Virus record (IMG/VR): IMGVR_UViG_3300016667_000241
Span: 1 to 40,710 of that record
DNA: 40,710 nt
Source of the DNA: a virus
Lineage: Duplodnaviria > Caudoviricetes
Reading direction: 5' to 3' (one strand)
Notes under the pieces: generated by a model
Told to the model about the DNA's origin: nothing
The model's database searches: none
The model's input: only the letters and a program-made list of their open reading frames with translations
Position numbers and translations under genes: made by a program
In this document: one piece after another, positions 24,801 to 33,456 of the stretch
Layout of the letters: each line of letters begins with the position of its first letter
Position numbering within the stretch: the stretch's first letter is position 1

Positions 24801-26683
24801 CGATCCACGGCAAGGATATTGCGAAGCATATCCTTTCCGACAAGTCGTTCAAGGATCTGTTTAACCTCCCCATCAACGCGGCTTTCAAGGTTATCGGCAC
24901 TCTCCCCGAGTCTCGGCTTGTGCGTCAGCCGTTCTACGCGGAGGTATGGAATCGCGAGTTTAATCGTATCGTTGAGACCGTCAAGAGTCAGGGCGGGGAA
25001 CTTACCGATGATGTCCTTGAGCGCATTAATAAGAACGCCCATACTGTAGCGCTACGCGCAGTGAATGAGACGCTCTACACAATTGAGCGTTTTTCTAACC
25101 TTGCCGCTATCGCTCGCTGGATTGCCCCGTTCTTCCCTGCATGGGAAAACAGCACCAAGGTGTGGATCGGTCTCGTGGCGAAGGATCCGTCGATCCTTCC
25201 GCGAGCATCGATCCTGTGGAACATCCCTAACAATATGGGTCTTGTCGTAGACGAGAAGGGTAAGCCCGTCGGGCAGGAACGCACTAGTTTCCTAACGGGA
25301 TCGCAGAACAGGTTCATTGTCCTGCCAAAGGACATGAACGACGTATTCATGAAGTTCTCTGGCGGAGTTCCGTTTAAGATGGCCCAGGGCGCCGCTAACA
25401 TCGTCACTCCTGGTGAGACACCGTACTCGCCTGGCATGGGTCCGACTGGAGCATTTGCCACTGGCCTGGTGCTTCAGTCGAAGCCAGACTGGCAGGATGC
25501 CATCCGCAAGCATGCCCCTGTGCTGTGGCAGCAGATTGCGCCGCTCGATACCGTTACGGCAGATCCGTCTAAAATTTTCCTTCCCACCGTTGCTCAAAAT
25601 TTCCTGCACTGGTGGCGCGGAGAAAGCGACATGGATTTCCTATCCGTGCTCGGATCTATCGTGCAATCGTCTATTGTTGACTGGTATGCATCTGGCGGAG
25701 ATCGAGTAGACAAGCCAGACAGCAACGATCTTGTGGACAAGGCGCGTAATTTCTTTGTGTTCAAAATGATCGCATCCCTTGTTTCTCCAGTCGCTCTCAC
25801 CCGTGAGAGCAAGCATCAGGTTGAGTTGGACGCTTGGCGTGCAATCCAGTCTGATACTGCTGACACTCGCACCTATGCCGAGAAGCAGCGGGATTTTCTT
25901 GATAAGTACGGAGAAGAGTTTTTGCCGTTGACGGCGTCAACGTCTTCATACGGTGCTGGGTATTTTGCTCCTTCGCAGAATTCTTACAAGATCATTCGCG
26001 ATCACGGGGATCTCATTAATCAGATTGCCGCATCGTCCCCCGAACATCCTGAACTAGTCGGAATGCTTATTTCGACTGCTCCTGTCGGTGAGTTTGATCC
26101 GAGCGTATACAAGTGGCTCGGTGAGAACACCGTCCCTGGGACGAACGACACGTGGCGTTCCAAGCCGAACGCAATGGTAATGATGAACTCTATCGAAATG
26201 CAGCGAGCATTTCGCGAGTATCGTGCAGTTAAGGAAGAGCGCGATCAAGATCTGGCAAGCCGTGGATTGAAATCAATGCAGTCCAAGGGCGCAGAAGACA
26301 TTAAGGCCGCTTGGAATTACTTCACTAAAACGCAGATGGCTAAAAAGTATGGCAATGAATGGCTTATTGCTTTTCAGACATTTACTGATACGTCAGCGGC
26401 AAGTGTAATTACCATTAAATCAATTATGGATGAGTCCACTGCTACTGGTAAGAAATTTATGAGTGAGTACGGCGACACTGAATTGTGGAAGGCTGTAGGC
26501 ACATACATGGATATGCGTAAGCAAGCGACCGATGATATTGCTGCAGGAAACATTAGTGCTGCTGATGCCCAAAAGGTATTTGCTGAATGGGCCGCTGGGT
26601 TTAAGAATACTAATTACCAGTTTGCTGATTTCTATGATAAGTACTTGGAGTATGACAAGTTGAGCGCTGGAGTTGGTGACTGA
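21884..26683 (+). CDS. Large putative internal virion / DNA-ejection protein, 1599 aa
   Basis: Size, helical composition, 'PFFPAWEN' segment and podovirus-like context; function inferred. Confidence 0.65.
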   Translation: MANGDGYVSIWDRVWTDDLGGTVAKVADKINPIDDFSSIPVAGPAASKVGSLVTRLYEGTNRIQSWGISAAPAGVETLDWNTTAGQVSVGQTAVANAVKLGKQVPAFGAVEPATKIIEKWDPENPILTDEFNLRTSTAEDRKRVFEESGPGKVLSGATDTAVQFFLDPAVVFGKGIKIARFGGKIGGVYEVSGLTNRTIASGKMVQKVGDEADTALKIARGEITGTRDNTLGIYADEITRGSATDLLEHPLFENNPHRDLLAGIGGRITDKEDAITFIAAASGNQKYIKKLHDDHHSAYDSMSRALKPNLAEVDEFRRPIGEWTDAMRAKAREVDVNIGMVLEDLVRRNDALAQAVGVVSNEGDALLRTAGAFDSAVTAWGAKVASAYRASRATRRKYNAGDIMKDEVNGIDAMTNVGQVRKSGIALTKDEISRLERKKGRLPVGTGPAVAEQTFQASSFDRVVRVWDWIGGYHASGMIDVRGSNVGKSSDELHAALTDSKTIRQDRSFVEEQMNIYLSAIDPTAKRDAVYRIEQNVISKLMKDNGITDRDALDDLYKKIHSRRSKMIQQFKERGYGVDENNNIIKATPQLVSQLETSVPMMDMNMLEKSVKILKRQEYSGNVLGKAINDAKNGAAEWTPVLANFYEELQSIWKAGVLIRLGYTQRNVGEGWLRSAAALGTIPAFKNIPLSVKNFSANMGRRGSSAMNMGTLLRAEKDIIKQHNANIALLAKTKGVRARRAIENENEILIAQMDDIVARKQALQRRDFIGSQTNEYGYGAFAGDLGNMYRKMASNESTVDKALRSQWQRESNVHLTQGSWVKVNPGDKQYWDELATSIRQFRSDPASRLALSGMSAEKMAREMVSDSFINYRRDMQMSKKDMPAQAAKIHAMVNRYLPTEQVRAAANAADVAPEQLQLMLGNLVADAKVLKKPKADNFIGPDGLVDNVAFGKAMDNYKNIIASKGTKNAVLSPIHGKDIAKHILSDKSFKDLFNLPINAAFKVIGTLPESRLVRQPFYAEVWNREFNRIVETVKSQGGELTDDVLERINKNAHTVALRAVNETLYTIERFSNLAAIARWIAPFFPAWENSTKVWIGLVAKDPSILPRASILWNIPNNMGLVVDEKGKPVGQERTSFLTGSQNRFIVLPKDMNDVFMKFSGGVPFKMAQGAANIVTPGETPYSPGMGPTGAFATGLVLQSKPDWQDAIRKHAPVLWQQIAPLDTVTADPSKIFLPTVAQNFLHWWRGESDMDFLSVLGSIVQSSIVDWYASGGDRVDKPDSNDLVDKARNFFVFKMIASLVSPVALTRESKHQVELDAWRAIQSDTADTRTYAEKQRDFLDKYGEEFLPLTASTSSYGAGYFAPSQNSYKIIRDHGDLINQIAASSPEHPELVGMLISTAPVGEFDPSVYKWLGENTVPGTNDTWRSKPNAMVMMNSIEMQRAFREYRAVKEERDQDLASRGLKSMQSKGAEDIKAAWNYFTKTQMAKKYGNEWLIAFQTFTDTSAASVITIKSIMDESTATGKKFMSEYGDTELWKAVGTYMDMRKQATDDIAAGNISAADAQKVFAEWAAGFKNTNYQFADFYDKYLEYDKLSAGVGD

Positions 26684-27477
26684 TGAGTGGTGCGTGGGAT
26701 GCCGCTAAAGAAGAAGCGAATAAGCAAGGTGGAGTCCTAAATACTGGTACGAGTCAGGTCCGTTTTAACACTGGATTTTTCGATGTCATTAATGGTTCTG
26801 GTGGTTACACGGGCATTCCAGTCACTCAGGCCAAGCAGGTTGTTCGATATGCCACGCCAGATACTGCCGTTGATCCGAATAACCCGATTGGTCCAGATAA
26901 CCCCACTTGGGGTGACTATGATATCTGGCTGAAGGCTAACGACCAGCAGCAGTATGCTGATCTTCGCAAGACAATGAAGGCGGCTGGGTACTCCTCATGG
27001 TCCTCCGTTCTCAAGGGTGCATCGTTTACCAGTTCTCCTATTAATGATTTCCTTTTGGAGCAGGCTCAGGTAAACAGAAGCCTTGGAAATGGTACTGGCG
27101 GACCTTACACTACTCGCTCATCTAACGTTTCGCTGTCTAGCGAGTCTTCCGCTGGGGCAACGCTTGAGCCCGTCTATCAGTCTGAACTTGGCCGTGGAGC
27201 AACCGATGCCGAGGTTAAGAAGTTTCAGAAGGCTCTCAACGCGCAGCAGATGGCTGCGCCTTCGCAGACCGTTACTCGCGGCAATTCCTCTGGAAAGTCT
27301 TCCACGTCGCAGACTACAACTACCACTGGCTTTGATCCCACTAAGTTTGCTATGAAGTATGCGCAAAGCCAAGAGGGGTACGCTGAGCGTTACGCTGGTC
27401 TAACGTTCATGAATATTCTCGATAAGACTATTGCTGATCCGAATGCGCTTGATCAAATTATCGCTGGGGGTAACTAA
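26683..27477 (+). CDS. Putative internal virion protein
   Basis: Coupled ORF with Ser/Thr-rich segments and 'LGRGATDAE'. Confidence 0.55.
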   Translation: MSGAWDAAKEEANKQGGVLNTGTSQVRFNTGFFDVINGSGGYTGIPVTQAKQVVRYATPDTAVDPNNPIGPDNPTWGDYDIWLKANDQQQYADLRKTMKAAGYSSWSSVLKGASFTSSPINDFLLEQAQVNRSLGNGTGGPYTTRSSNVSLSSESSAGATLEPVYQSELGRGATDAEVKKFQKALNAQQMAAPSQTVTRGNSSGKSSTSQTTTTTGFDPTKFAMKYAQSQEGYAERYAGLTFMNILDKTIADPNALDQIIAGGN

Positions 27478-28490
27478 TGGCTGACACTACGGTGAAGCCA
27501 GCGAAGCCTAAGGGCAAGTTTGCTCTTGCGGTTGACACTCTTGATGAGACTAGGCTGGCCGCCCAGTGGGGCGTTGCTTCGGCTATTCTCAATGATCCCG
27601 AGAATGCTGATCTTAAGGAAGTTCTTGATAAGGTAATGGCGGCCCAGAAGGCGGGCAAACCGATTCAGGCAACTGACGTTGCCGAGATGATCAAGAACAC
27701 GAATTGGGCTAGGCAGCATACGTCCAACTGGATGAAGATTCAGAAGGATCGTGAATCCAAGGATCCTGGTATCTGGGAGGCTACTCTCAGCAACGAGGCC
27801 CTGAAGATCAAGAACGAGTTCACTGCCGCTGGCGCTACCATCGACGATGCCACCGCCCGCGACTACGCGGAAAAGATGATTTACGGATCTAAGTGGGATC
27901 CCGCCACTGGCACCTTCGAGATCTACGACGCAGAGTGGAAGAAGCGCGCCATTGCTGGCGGCATTGATCTGAATAAAACGAAGACTGTCGGCGGTATTGA
28001 CATCCGTGACTTTAGCGGCAAAGCCGAGGAGGTGGCGACTTCGCTTTATGCGATGGCTTCGGACTACGGGATCGACGCTTCGATGTCTGATAAGGCGTTC
28101 AACTCCTGGTTTGACACGTCGCTTCGCGGCGTGATGGACGGCACTCTTGCCGCACAGGATGTTGACGACGATCTCGTGTCTATGGCGATCTCGCGCAATC
28201 CTGGCCTGGCTAATCAAATTCAGCGCGGCCTTACCCTGCGCGAGGCAGCAGATCCGTATTTGAAGACTATCGCCGACACGCTTGGTTACAGCCAGGATCA
28301 GATCGATCTGAACGACGATCTAGTCAAGAGGGTTCTTAATAACACTGACGAAAAGGGCAACTTCAAGCCGTTGAGCCTTTACGAGACGGAACTTGAGGCT
28401 CGTCGTGATGATCGGTTCCAGTACACGGAAACGGCCAAGAAGGAGAAGACGGACATTGCTGCCCAGATTCTTCAGGACTTCGGATTCTAG
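27477..28490 (+). CDS. Putative internal virion protein
   Basis: Coupled ORF, 337 aa. Confidence 0.55.
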   Translation: MADTTVKPAKPKGKFALAVDTLDETRLAAQWGVASAILNDPENADLKEVLDKVMAAQKAGKPIQATDVAEMIKNTNWARQHTSNWMKIQKDRESKDPGIWEATLSNEALKIKNEFTAAGATIDDATARDYAEKMIYGSKWDPATGTFEIYDAEWKKRAIAGGIDLNKTKTVGGIDIRDFSGKAEEVATSLYAMASDYGIDASMSDKAFNSWFDTSLRGVMDGTLAAQDVDDDLVSMAISRNPGLANQIQRGLTLREAADPYLKTIADTLGYSQDQIDLNDDLVKRVLNNTDEKGNFKPLSLYETELEARRDDRFQYTETAKKEKTDIAAQILQDFGF

Positions 28491-28499
28491 GGGTAATTG

Positions 28500-29711
28500 A
28501 TGGCAACTCCACTTCTTAGCACTCCGTTCGGCCTGCTGGCCCCGTCCGTCCCGAAGGCCGCTCCTGCGGCCCCTGGGTTTGGGTCGGGAACGATGGGCAT
28601 CGCCATCGCTAATCCTTACGCTCCCGCAGTTGTCACTGGAGGAGACGGCGATAAGGATAAGGACAAGGTTGCTACGACGGGCGCTGCTGGCCCGACTCTT
28701 GTCGGCACTACCGAGACTAACGAATTCGGTGGCATTATCCAGACATGGAATATTTGGTCTGACGGTACTCGCACCAAGGTTGATGGTCCGACTGGGGTGC
28801 GCAAGGACACGTCTGCTGGCGATGACGTTAAGGAAATGTTCCGCGCAGCGGGACTCGACGAGGGCTTCATCAATAGCCTTGTAGCCACCATTGATTCGGT
28901 CTACGCGAACAATGTTAAGCCAACTGCCGCTCAGATCAAGGTAGCAATCAATACCTCGGATGCATACAAGCAGCGCTTTAAGGGCAATGAGGCTATCCGC
29001 CAGCGCATGGCTAACGGCCAGGGTCGCCCTGGTGACCGTCTCTTGACTCCTGCTGAGTACATTCAGTTGGAGAACACGTACCGCACAATCCTGGCAGACG
29101 CGGAGATGCCTGCTGGCTACTACGACAGCACTGACGATTTCGCTAACCTGATCGGTAACAGCGTGTCTGCTTCGGAGTTGCAGTCTCGCGTGAGCACTGC
29201 CGCTAGCGCACTACGTGAAGCAGATAGCGCAACACTGAATACTCTGCAGCAGTACTACAACCTGTCACAGGGTGACCTCGTGGCGTACCTGCTTGATCCG
29301 ACTCGTGCTATGCCGATCCTTGAGGGTCGCCAGACGCAGGGCCAGTACGGCCTTAACTCTCGTGAGGAACTGCAGCGCCAGTACGCTGCCGCTCAGGTCG
29401 GTGGCATGGCTGCACGGCAGGGCCTTGAGGCTGGCCAGACTCTTTCCGAGGAGATCGTGCAGCAGGGTAAGACGCAGCAGGCTGAGCAGGCGTTCGCTAT
29501 TGCGGGCGCTGAGGCTCCCGCTACGCAGCGTCTCGGTTCCCTGTATGGCGAGCCGCTGGACTTTAAGGATCTCGTGAAGGAGACGTTGTCTCTGTCGGGT
29601 GGCGTGGAGGCTGGCAAGAAGCGCCGCAAGTTTGCTTCGAAGGAACGCGCAGCGTTCGGTGGCCAGTCCGCTATTGATAAGACTTCTCTATCTCGCATGC
29701 AGGACGTTTAG
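28500..29711 (+). CDS. Putative internal virion protein
   Basis: YKQRFKGN...LTPAEYIQLE segment; operon position. Confidence 0.55.
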   Translation: MATPLLSTPFGLLAPSVPKAAPAAPGFGSGTMGIAIANPYAPAVVTGGDGDKDKDKVATTGAAGPTLVGTTETNEFGGIIQTWNIWSDGTRTKVDGPTGVRKDTSAGDDVKEMFRAAGLDEGFINSLVATIDSVYANNVKPTAAQIKVAINTSDAYKQRFKGNEAIRQRMANGQGRPGDRLLTPAEYIQLENTYRTILADAEMPAGYYDSTDDFANLIGNSVSASELQSRVSTAASALREADSATLNTLQQYYNLSQGDLVAYLLDPTRAMPILEGRQTQGQYGLNSREELQRQYAAAQVGGMAARQGLEAGQTLSEEIVQQGKTQQAEQAFAIAGAEAPATQRLGSLYGEPLDFKDLVKETLSLSGGVEAGKKRRKFASKERAAFGGQSAIDKTSLSRMQDV

Positions 29712-29892
29712 TCCTGTCGGATTACTAGCAGGCTCCCAGGTGCAAGCCCTGGGGATCCACTCCTCAACCAGATCTGTCGGCCCTGGTGAGTGTAGTTAGA
29801 CCGATAGTCGTTGACATCCAGCATGCATAGCCCCTTGTGCATGGTGCGGTTGGCGCAACCCAATGTAAGGGTCACTACTAAAGGGAGTTGCT
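29712..29892 (+). ncRNA. Candidate structured RNA leader (T-loop-like hairpin, H-type pseudoknot, further hairpin)
   Basis: Only large non-coding gap in the late operon; several complementary segments with G-U pairs (see findings). Confidence 0.45.
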
Positions 29893-30345
29893 ATGACCCA
29901 GTACGATGAAGATGATTTCGATTTCGATACCGACGAGGTCGGTACGGATCTTGTGAAGAAACTGCGTAAGCAGGTTACCGAGTTGTCGAAGGCTCTGAAG
30001 GAGCGCGACTCGCAACTGGAGGAGTACTTCTCCATGTCTCGGGAGCAGGAGATTGCTGCTGCCCTGCAGGACATGGGTGTGAATCCGAAGATTGCGAAGT
30101 TCATTCCTGATGATGTCGAGGATAGCGATGACCTGGAGCAGTGGCTCGCCGAGTATGGCGATGTCTTCGGAGTCGGGGTCGTGGAGGACAACGCATCCTA
30201 CACGGATGCTGAGTCAATTTCAGCCGCCGAACTGATGTCGGATATTGAGGAGGGTGGCATCGATCCCGAGGTCGGGATGGATCTTGCTGCCCGTATCGCG
30301 GGTGCTTCTACCCCCGAGGAACTCACCGCGCTTCTTCGCGGCTGA
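29893..30345 (+). CDS. Capsid scaffolding protein
   Basis: Acidic coiled-coil protein directly upstream of the capsid gene; ends 'ASTPEELTALL'. Confidence 0.75.
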   Translation: MTQYDEDDFDFDTDEVGTDLVKKLRKQVTELSKALKERDSQLEEYFSMSREQEIAAALQDMGVNPKIAKFIPDDVEDSDDLEQWLAEYGDVFGVGVVEDNASYTDAESISAAELMSDIEEGGIDPEVGMDLAARIAGASTPEELTALLRG

Positions 30346-30384
30346 TTATCCTAACAACTACTAAGAGAAAGTAGGTCGCCTTTC

Positions 30385-31554
30385 ATGGCAACTACCTCTA
30401 CCACCACGATGACTAACCTCATCCAGACTGCGTACGACAAGTACGTGGAGATGGAACTTCGGTCAGAGCCGATGTTCCGCAAGTTCGCCGACAAGCGTCC
30501 CGTCGATGTGACGAACCCTGGCGCCACTGTCGTGTTCCAACTGCACAACGATCTGTCCCGCGTTACCTCCGCTCTGTCGGAGGCGTCGGACGTTGACGCT
30601 GTTGCACTGAACAACACCAACAAGGTTCAGGTTCAGGTTAACGAGTACGGCAATGCCGTTACCACGACCGAGCGCCTGGCCCTTGAGTCTCTGTCGGCAA
30701 TCGATCCCGCTGTGGCAGACATGCTTGCCTACAACCAGCGTGATTCGCTTGACGCACTGGTGTACAACGTTCTCGTCAGCAAGGCAACTGGCCGCTACAA
30801 CGGCACCACTGCTGCTGATGAGACCGCTGTGAACGGTGTCGACAAGACTGCTCTTTCGACCAGCACCATTCAGGCTGCCGACATCCGTAAGGCTGTCGCC
30901 AAGTTGCGTGGTGCTTCGGTTCAGCCGAAGGACGGTGCCTACTACGTCGGTCTGCTTCATCCCGACGTTTCGTACGATCTCCGCACCGAGGCTGTTTCGT
31001 CTGGCTCGAACGTGTGGCAGCAGCCGCACACCTACACCGAGGCTGGTGTCGGTAACGTGTGGGCTGGCGAGATTGGCGTGTACGAGGGTGTGAAGTTCAT
31101 TGAGTCGCCGCGTTGCGAGCAGGCTTACGGCAACACCTCCCGCACCATCACCAACAAGGCACTGACCTCTAACGTCGCGACCCTGACCTCTGCTGGTCAT
31201 GGTTTCGAGGTTGGCGACACTGTCACTGTTGTTGGTGTTGACGCCACGTTCAACGGCACCTTCACCATCACGGCGAAGACGACCGATACGTTCTCCTACG
31301 CGAAGACCGCTTCGAACGTCACCTCGGCCGCTGTGTCGGATGCTGGCGCTCTTGCGACCTCGCTGGATCACAAGGTCATCATCATGGGCAAGCAGGCTCT
31401 CATCGAGGCTGTTACCTACGAGCCGAAGACCGTGATCGGTCCCGTCACCGACAAGTTGATGCGCTTCCGCCATGCAGGCTGGAAGGGGCTCCTCGGCTGG
31501 AATGTCTACCGTCCCGAGGCACGCTACGTCATCTCGGTCGAGTCGAGCATCTAG
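30385..31554 (+). CDS. Major capsid protein (N4-gp56-like, HK97 fold) with an inserted beta-domain
   Basis: LSE, EYGN, HPDVSYDLR, GEIGVYEGVKFIES and DKLMRF..GW motifs; strong codon bias. Confidence 0.9.
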   Translation: MATTSTTTMTNLIQTAYDKYVEMELRSEPMFRKFADKRPVDVTNPGATVVFQLHNDLSRVTSALSEASDVDAVALNNTNKVQVQVNEYGNAVTTTERLALESLSAIDPAVADMLAYNQRDSLDALVYNVLVSKATGRYNGTTAADETAVNGVDKTALSTSTIQAADIRKAVAKLRGASVQPKDGAYYVGLLHPDVSYDLRTEAVSSGSNVWQQPHTYTEAGVGNVWAGEIGVYEGVKFIESPRCEQAYGNTSRTITNKALTSNVATLTSAGHGFEVGDTVTVVGVDATFNGTFTITAKTTDTFSYAKTASNVTSAAVSDAGALATSLDHKVIIMGKQALIEAVTYEPKTVIGPVTDKLMRFRHAGWKGLLGWNVYRPEARYVISVESSI

Positions 31555-31570
31555 TTCGATTCAATGGTTA

Positions 31571-31610
31571 AGGGAGGGGGTCGCCCACAAGGTGGCCCCC
31601 TCTCCTATTG
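31571..31610 (+). terminator. Hairpin after the capsid gene (terminator or stabiliser)
   Basis: GGGAGGGGGTCGCC-cacaa-GGTGGCCCCCTCTC stem; weak U-tract. Confidence 0.65.
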
Positions 31611-31623
31611 AAAGGTTTGCGGT

Positions 31624-31797
31624 ATGTGTGCTGGTTGTGGCTGCGACAACGTCAATGACGTTCGCATTCCTGGTAACAAGTCTGGCCTGGGCTCTGGTAC
31701 GAGCGGCAAGATTGTGAAGCAGGGCGTGGAGCATCAGGAGTCGAAGGCGCATGAGCGCTCTGAGATGAAGAACGGCAAGTACGTAGAGGAAGACTAA
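31624..31797 (+). CDS. 57-aa hypothetical protein (MCAGCGCDNV...)
   Basis: Hand-translated; GAAAGG SD; TAATG coupling. Confidence 0.6.
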   Translation: MCAGCGCDNVNDVRIPGNKSGLGSGTSGKIVKQGVEHQESKAHERSEMKNGKYVEED

Positions 31798-32078
31798 TGC
31801 AGGATCCGAGTCTGAAGCGTGCTGGTGTTTCTGGTTTTAATAAGCCGAAGGCTACGCCGAACCACCCGACGAAAAGCCACGTTGTTGTGGTGAAGGTGGG
31901 CGGTAAGGCCAAGACGATCAGGTTCGGTGAGCAGGGCGCGAAGGTTGCTGGCAAGCCGAAGCCTGGTGAGTCCAAGGCTATGAAGAAGAAGCGTGCTTCG
32001 TTTAAGGCTCGGCATGCGAAGAACATTGCTAAGGGTCCGACTAGTGCCGCGTATTGGGCAGACAAGGTGAAGTGGTAA
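31797..32078 (+). CDS. Conserved small basic phage protein (DUF6321-like)
   Basis: IRFG.QG, SFKARH and SAAYWA.KVKW motifs. Confidence 0.75.
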   Translation: MQDPSLKRAGVSGFNKPKATPNHPTKSHVVVVKVGGKAKTIRFGEQGAKVAGKPKPGESKAMKKKRASFKARHAKNIAKGPTSAAYWADKVKW

Positions 32079-32329
32079 TGCCTATCTTTGTTGGTCCTAC
32101 GCTCACGTCGCAGCCTGGCCGTCCTGCTGAACTGTGGTTTGTTAAGCAGAAGATTGGCAAGACTGTCCTGAAGAAGGATGGTGTGTGGCGGACTGTTATG
32201 ACGCCGCAGGAAGATTACATGGCCACGTGTGAGGTTGTTCTCCGTGGCGGGTACGTAAACCATATTACTGATGAACTGGCAGCCGAGTTGACGGCTGCTG
32301 GTTATGGCGATTACATCACGGAGGACTGA
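32078..32329 (+). CDS. Hypothetical virion-associated protein
   Basis: TAATG coupling; 'LRGG...AAELTAAGYG'. Confidence 0.65.
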   Translation: MPIFVGPTLTSQPGRPAELWFVKQKIGKTVLKKDGVWRTVMTPQEDYMATCEVVLRGGYVNHITDELAAELTAAGYGDYITED

Positions 32330-32568
32330 TGTCACTGCACCGCCACCGTGTCCATCCTGACTATGTTGAGGGTTGTTTTGGTTGCAAGGTATCTACGCTC
32401 TCGTTTGCTGACATGCACATCCGTGCATGGTCGCACGCGAATGACAAGGAACTGGACGCATATAAGTCTGCACGCAAGGACGGCATTCAGCCGAAGAGCA
32501 CCAAGATGAAGGACATCTCGGCTGCGGTGCGCATGTCGGATACTCTCGGACGGGCGGTTAAGGCATGA
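32329..32568 (+). CDS. Hypothetical protein (CFGCK...ELDAYKSARKDGIQP)
   Basis: Coupled ORF. Confidence 0.65.
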   Translation: MSLHRHRVHPDYVEGCFGCKVSTLSFADMHIRAWSHANDKELDAYKSARKDGIQPKSTKMKDISAAVRMSDTLGRAVKA

Positions 32569-33452
32569 GTTCTTTTGCGACTATGGTTGAGGACACTCTT
32601 TCTGAGGCGTCTTCCTATATCCGTAATCAGGAGTCGATCACTGTTCTGAATCAGGCTGCTGACGCGGATGATCTGACCTTTGTTGTCGATGATGCTACTC
32701 AGATCTCTAAGGGCCTGGTGGAGATCGGTGACGAACTGGTCTACATCAAGAGCGTGAACAAGAATGCTGGCGAGGCCACGGTGCTCCCTGGCGGTCGTGG
32801 CTGGAAGGGCAGCACGGCTGCCTCGCATGGCGTGAACTCGATCATCCGCAACAATCCGATGTTTCCCCGCATGCAGATTAAGCGTGCTATCAACGATACC
32901 ATCAATGCTATCGACCTGCGGACGCTGCAGTCTACCGAGTTCGAGTTTGACGGTACCCGTTATGCATACGTGCTGCCGACTGATTTCGACAACGTCACTG
33001 GCGTGTCGTGGAATGCTCCCGACACTACTGAGGTGTGGCCAATCATTCGCCGCTACCGCATTGACCGTAACTGGCGCGAGGAGTCCGCTCCGAGCGTGGT
33101 CCGTTCAGCGATTGTTCTGAACGAGTACCCGCAGCCTGGTCGCACGGTGCGCGTGCAGTACACGGGTTTCGCTACTCCGATGGCTGACGGTGACACGTTC
33201 GCTGACACTGGCCTGCCGTCCTCTTGCGAGGACGTGATTCGCCTGGGCGCGATCTGGCGTCTGCTGTCTACCGTGGATCCTGGCAAAGTTGTTGCCTCTA
33301 CTCCGTCTGCCGATCTGGTTGATGCGCCTATCAGGCCGAGCGACGCTACGGCTGTCGCCCGTTACGCATACCAGTTGTTCAGTGTTCGCCTCGCTGAGGA
33401 GAAGGCTAAGCAGGCTGACAATTTCTTCTCCGTCATCAACTACCAGAGGTAA
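32565..33452 (+). CDS. Putative tail adaptor / tail tubular protein A
   Basis: Position after the head genes; 'IKRAINDTI', 'Y.LP.DF' and 'LP...EDVI.LGA' patterns. Confidence 0.55.
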   Translation: MSSFATMVEDTLSEASSYIRNQESITVLNQAADADDLTFVVDDATQISKGLVEIGDELVYIKSVNKNAGEATVLPGGRGWKGSTAASHGVNSIIRNNPMFPRMQIKRAINDTINAIDLRTLQSTEFEFDGTRYAYVLPTDFDNVTGVSWNAPDTTEVWPIIRRYRIDRNWREESAPSVVRSAIVLNEYPQPGRTVRVQYTGFATPMADGDTFADTGLPSSCEDVIRLGAIWRLLSTVDPGKVVASTPSADLVDAPIRPSDATAVARYAYQLFSVRLAEEKAKQADNFFSVINYQR

Positions 33453-33456
33453 TTAA

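Noticed and set aside
21884-26683. Tape-measure protein or virion RNA polymerase
   Set aside because: No tail tube or tail assembly chaperone genes nearby, it lies upstream of the capsid gene, and I recognised no polymerase catalytic motifs; an internal virion protein fits better.
29712-29760. tRNA gene (T-arm-like hairpin followed by CCA)
   Set aside because: I could not build an acceptor stem or D-arm; it is kept only as part of the candidate leader RNA.
29811-29845. SigA promoter from TTGACA at 29811
   Set aside because: No TANNNT -10 at 16-18 bp spacing.
30463-31473. 336-aa antisense ORF opposite the capsid gene (and similar antisense ORFs at 27474-28217 and 17898-18533)
   Set aside because: Expected mirror of strongly biased sense codons; no independent evidence.
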